This document shows positions 61,810-64,000 of a DNA stretch of 64,000 nt, piece after piece. The position numbers and the translations under genes are program-made. The number at the start of each line of letters is the position of its first letter. The first letter of the stretch is position 1. The stretch covers positions 11,455,374 through 11,519,373 of the forward strand of contig JARDVH010000157.1 of NCBI GenBank assembly GCA_030324005.1, in the 5' to 3' direction. Below the pieces are notes generated by a model that made no database searches, was not told where the DNA came from, and worked only from the letters and a program-made list of their open reading frames with translations. The stretch comes from Negaprion brevirostris. Taxonomy: Eukaryota.

Positions 61810-63649
61810 CATCTGTGTTTCTGGGAAACGTCTACTTCACCTTGAATGGCATCATCATGATCAGAAATTCATAAACCAGCCTTTGCTTGATTTGCCTCCC
61901 TGCCACCTGGAGGAGGAAAAATGGCAGCAAACAAGCTGTGTAATTAGAGAAAGTAGACATTAGAGAAAAAGACATGATTCATTTGATTAAACTCAGCAAC
62001 TGTAAAAGACAATACATCTGTTCAGGTCACAGGCTTTTTACTTGATGACCAATTAATGAACAAATTAGCCCCACGGCATGTACAGTTTCAATGACCTTCA
62101 GTTCTATCAAAGCCAATGATAGCTTCCAAAAGGACAAATTTTTCTTTCACTTCAGAATCTCTGTTCAGGCGCAGCCAACTTCCCGAGAGAGCTTTATGAC
62201 CTGCCACAGTTCCCATCCTGAAGAGAAATCCTAACTATAATCGACAGTCATCAGTTCTAGCCCAGAGTTATAGCTGACAACATAAAACAAAAAGCTCAGA
62301 ACATATCCTCTCTTCCAATACACTGGCAACCTCAATGATTATCAGCTTTCAAAGAGGCTTTGCTTCTGCTTTTCTCTTTCTATTTGAATTATGACTAGGA
62401 GTGGAATTATGACTCCATGTGCAACTACAAATATTGCCCCAGGCCCTGATTTTTTTGCTTGCGACAATGTTCTGTTTTTTTCATCCTTCTGTTTTGATCT
62501 CTACTTAAAGTTTTATGGCTTTGCTCCTCGAGGGTGCTATTAGCTAATATGCTAATGGTGCTATGCATATTCTATTAGCACTGTCAGAGTAAGATAAGAG
62601 ACAGTTGGGTAGAGAGCACTGGAGGGTAATAACACAGCAGTGGGTCACAACATTACCATATTATCAGTCATCTTTACATCTCAATGGAGTTTCTCTGTTG
62701 TAGCATTCACTGTCCAAGTCACAACCAGTGCAAGATTTATTCAATTTTTTGCTGAACAGTTTAGAAAGAGGCATGCTGCTCTCGTACAGAAAAGGAATTC
62801 TGCTTTTAAAACCTGAAGCACAGCACTAAAGCTTTCTCTGATACTATTCTCAGCAGGTTTAATGAAGAGATTATCTTTGTAATAAGGAGTATTTTTACTT
62901 GAATAAGCAAGTGAATGAAACAAAGGTTCCCACATTGTGGAATGAGCTGTCTGGATTGAAGCTGTAGTCCGTGGGCAAATAACACTCCAGGTTGATCCCT
63001 GGTCTTCTCTGCATTACTTGATCGTATTTGGACAAGAAATAAAACGCCAAAATTGGTCTTTGGATCTGCAGAATAGGGAGGAATGTAAGAAAGCAATCCT
63101 ACCCCTGATGACTATCCATTTATCCTAGCCAGAAGATGCGGGTGTTCAGTGACAACAGAATTGAATCAGGCTGCGATGCCCTCCTTGGTCAAATAGCCAG
63201 CAGACACTCAATGCCTTGGATCAAGAGTGCCCGTGGAGCTGTACCCCAGCATAAAGGGATTCTCAGAAGCCCTGTTTTCAACATACATCAAAGTTTATTA
63301 GGCGTCAGATACACCTGGTCACACTTCTTCCATTCAATTTAATTCTGAAGTGTTTTCAATCTCAATGCTTGCTAGCAGATGGTCACTTCTTATTTCTACA
63401 TTAGCTTCTCTCTGCAATGAATCACTTTACTGTACTTCCAGCAGCTGCTTTGTTTGAATGTAATGCAATTTAAGAATGATTCTGAATTAAAACAATATGC
63501 AAACTTAGACAATGTCTCTATGTTTTCTGGACAAATTAATGTAAAAATTCTCAGTGGGTAGACGGACTGTTCAGGGTGGGACTGAACCAAGCAACATTTG
63601 AGTCCAAGGTTCAATCATCAAGGTTTCTGAAACTATTGTACAGTTCTGT

Positions 63650-64000
63650 TATGCTTATATTATAGGACTAAAAATACAGAGGCCTGGATTTATATTCCAG
63701 AGGACATGAGTTCAAATCCCATCACAGCACTTAGAAAATTGAAATTCCATTTTAAAAGAAAAGAAAATGGGAATAAAAAACAGCAACAGTAAAAGTTACC
63801 ATTAAGTTATCAGATTGTTACAAAAACTCAGCTGCTTCACTCATGCCCTTTAGGGAAGGTAGCTGGTTTTCCTTACCTTGTCTGGCTCGAGTGTTACTCC
63901 AGTCTCACACCTCTTAAATGCCCTCTGAATGTTGTTTCAAACTACTGAAAACCACCATCTTCTCAAAGGCAACAATGGGTGGGTAGAAAAATGCCAGCTT
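63650..64000 (+). mobile_element. tRNA-derived SINE with L2/CR1-group tail (family of 4850-5190)
   Basis: GAGTTCAAATCCCATCACAGCA..AAAACTCAGCTGCTTCACT..TTTAGGGAAGG..CCTTACCT. Confidence 0.75.

Overview
Repeat-dense, gene-poor vertebrate genomic DNA, most consistent with a shark or ray (elasmobranch). The basis is the many HE1-like V-SINEs with CR1/HER1-type (ATTCTATG)n tails, Deu-domain (SacSINE1/AmnSINE1-like) SINEs, CR1, Rex1/Babar and RTE LINE fragments, Penelope-like elements (PLEs), a Gypsy remnant, solo LTRs and Harbinger-type DNA transposons/MITEs. No intact recognisable host gene is present; every ORF I could recognise is a decayed TE protein. The most notable features are: (1) inverted-repeat PLE-derived elements carrying minimal hammerhead-ribozyme motifs, one with an intact core; (2) an orphan splice-bounded exon at 8928-9115 lying downstream of an ISRE+TATA-like element; (3) clusters of immune/haematopoietic TF motifs; (4) a V-SINE with two alternative 3' tails; (5) multi-level TE nesting that can be ordered from TSDs. 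Several N runs are exactly 10 or 100 long and are placeholder gaps. TE boundaries are approximate unless a TSD is quoted, and family names come from remembered consensus motifs, not from a database search.
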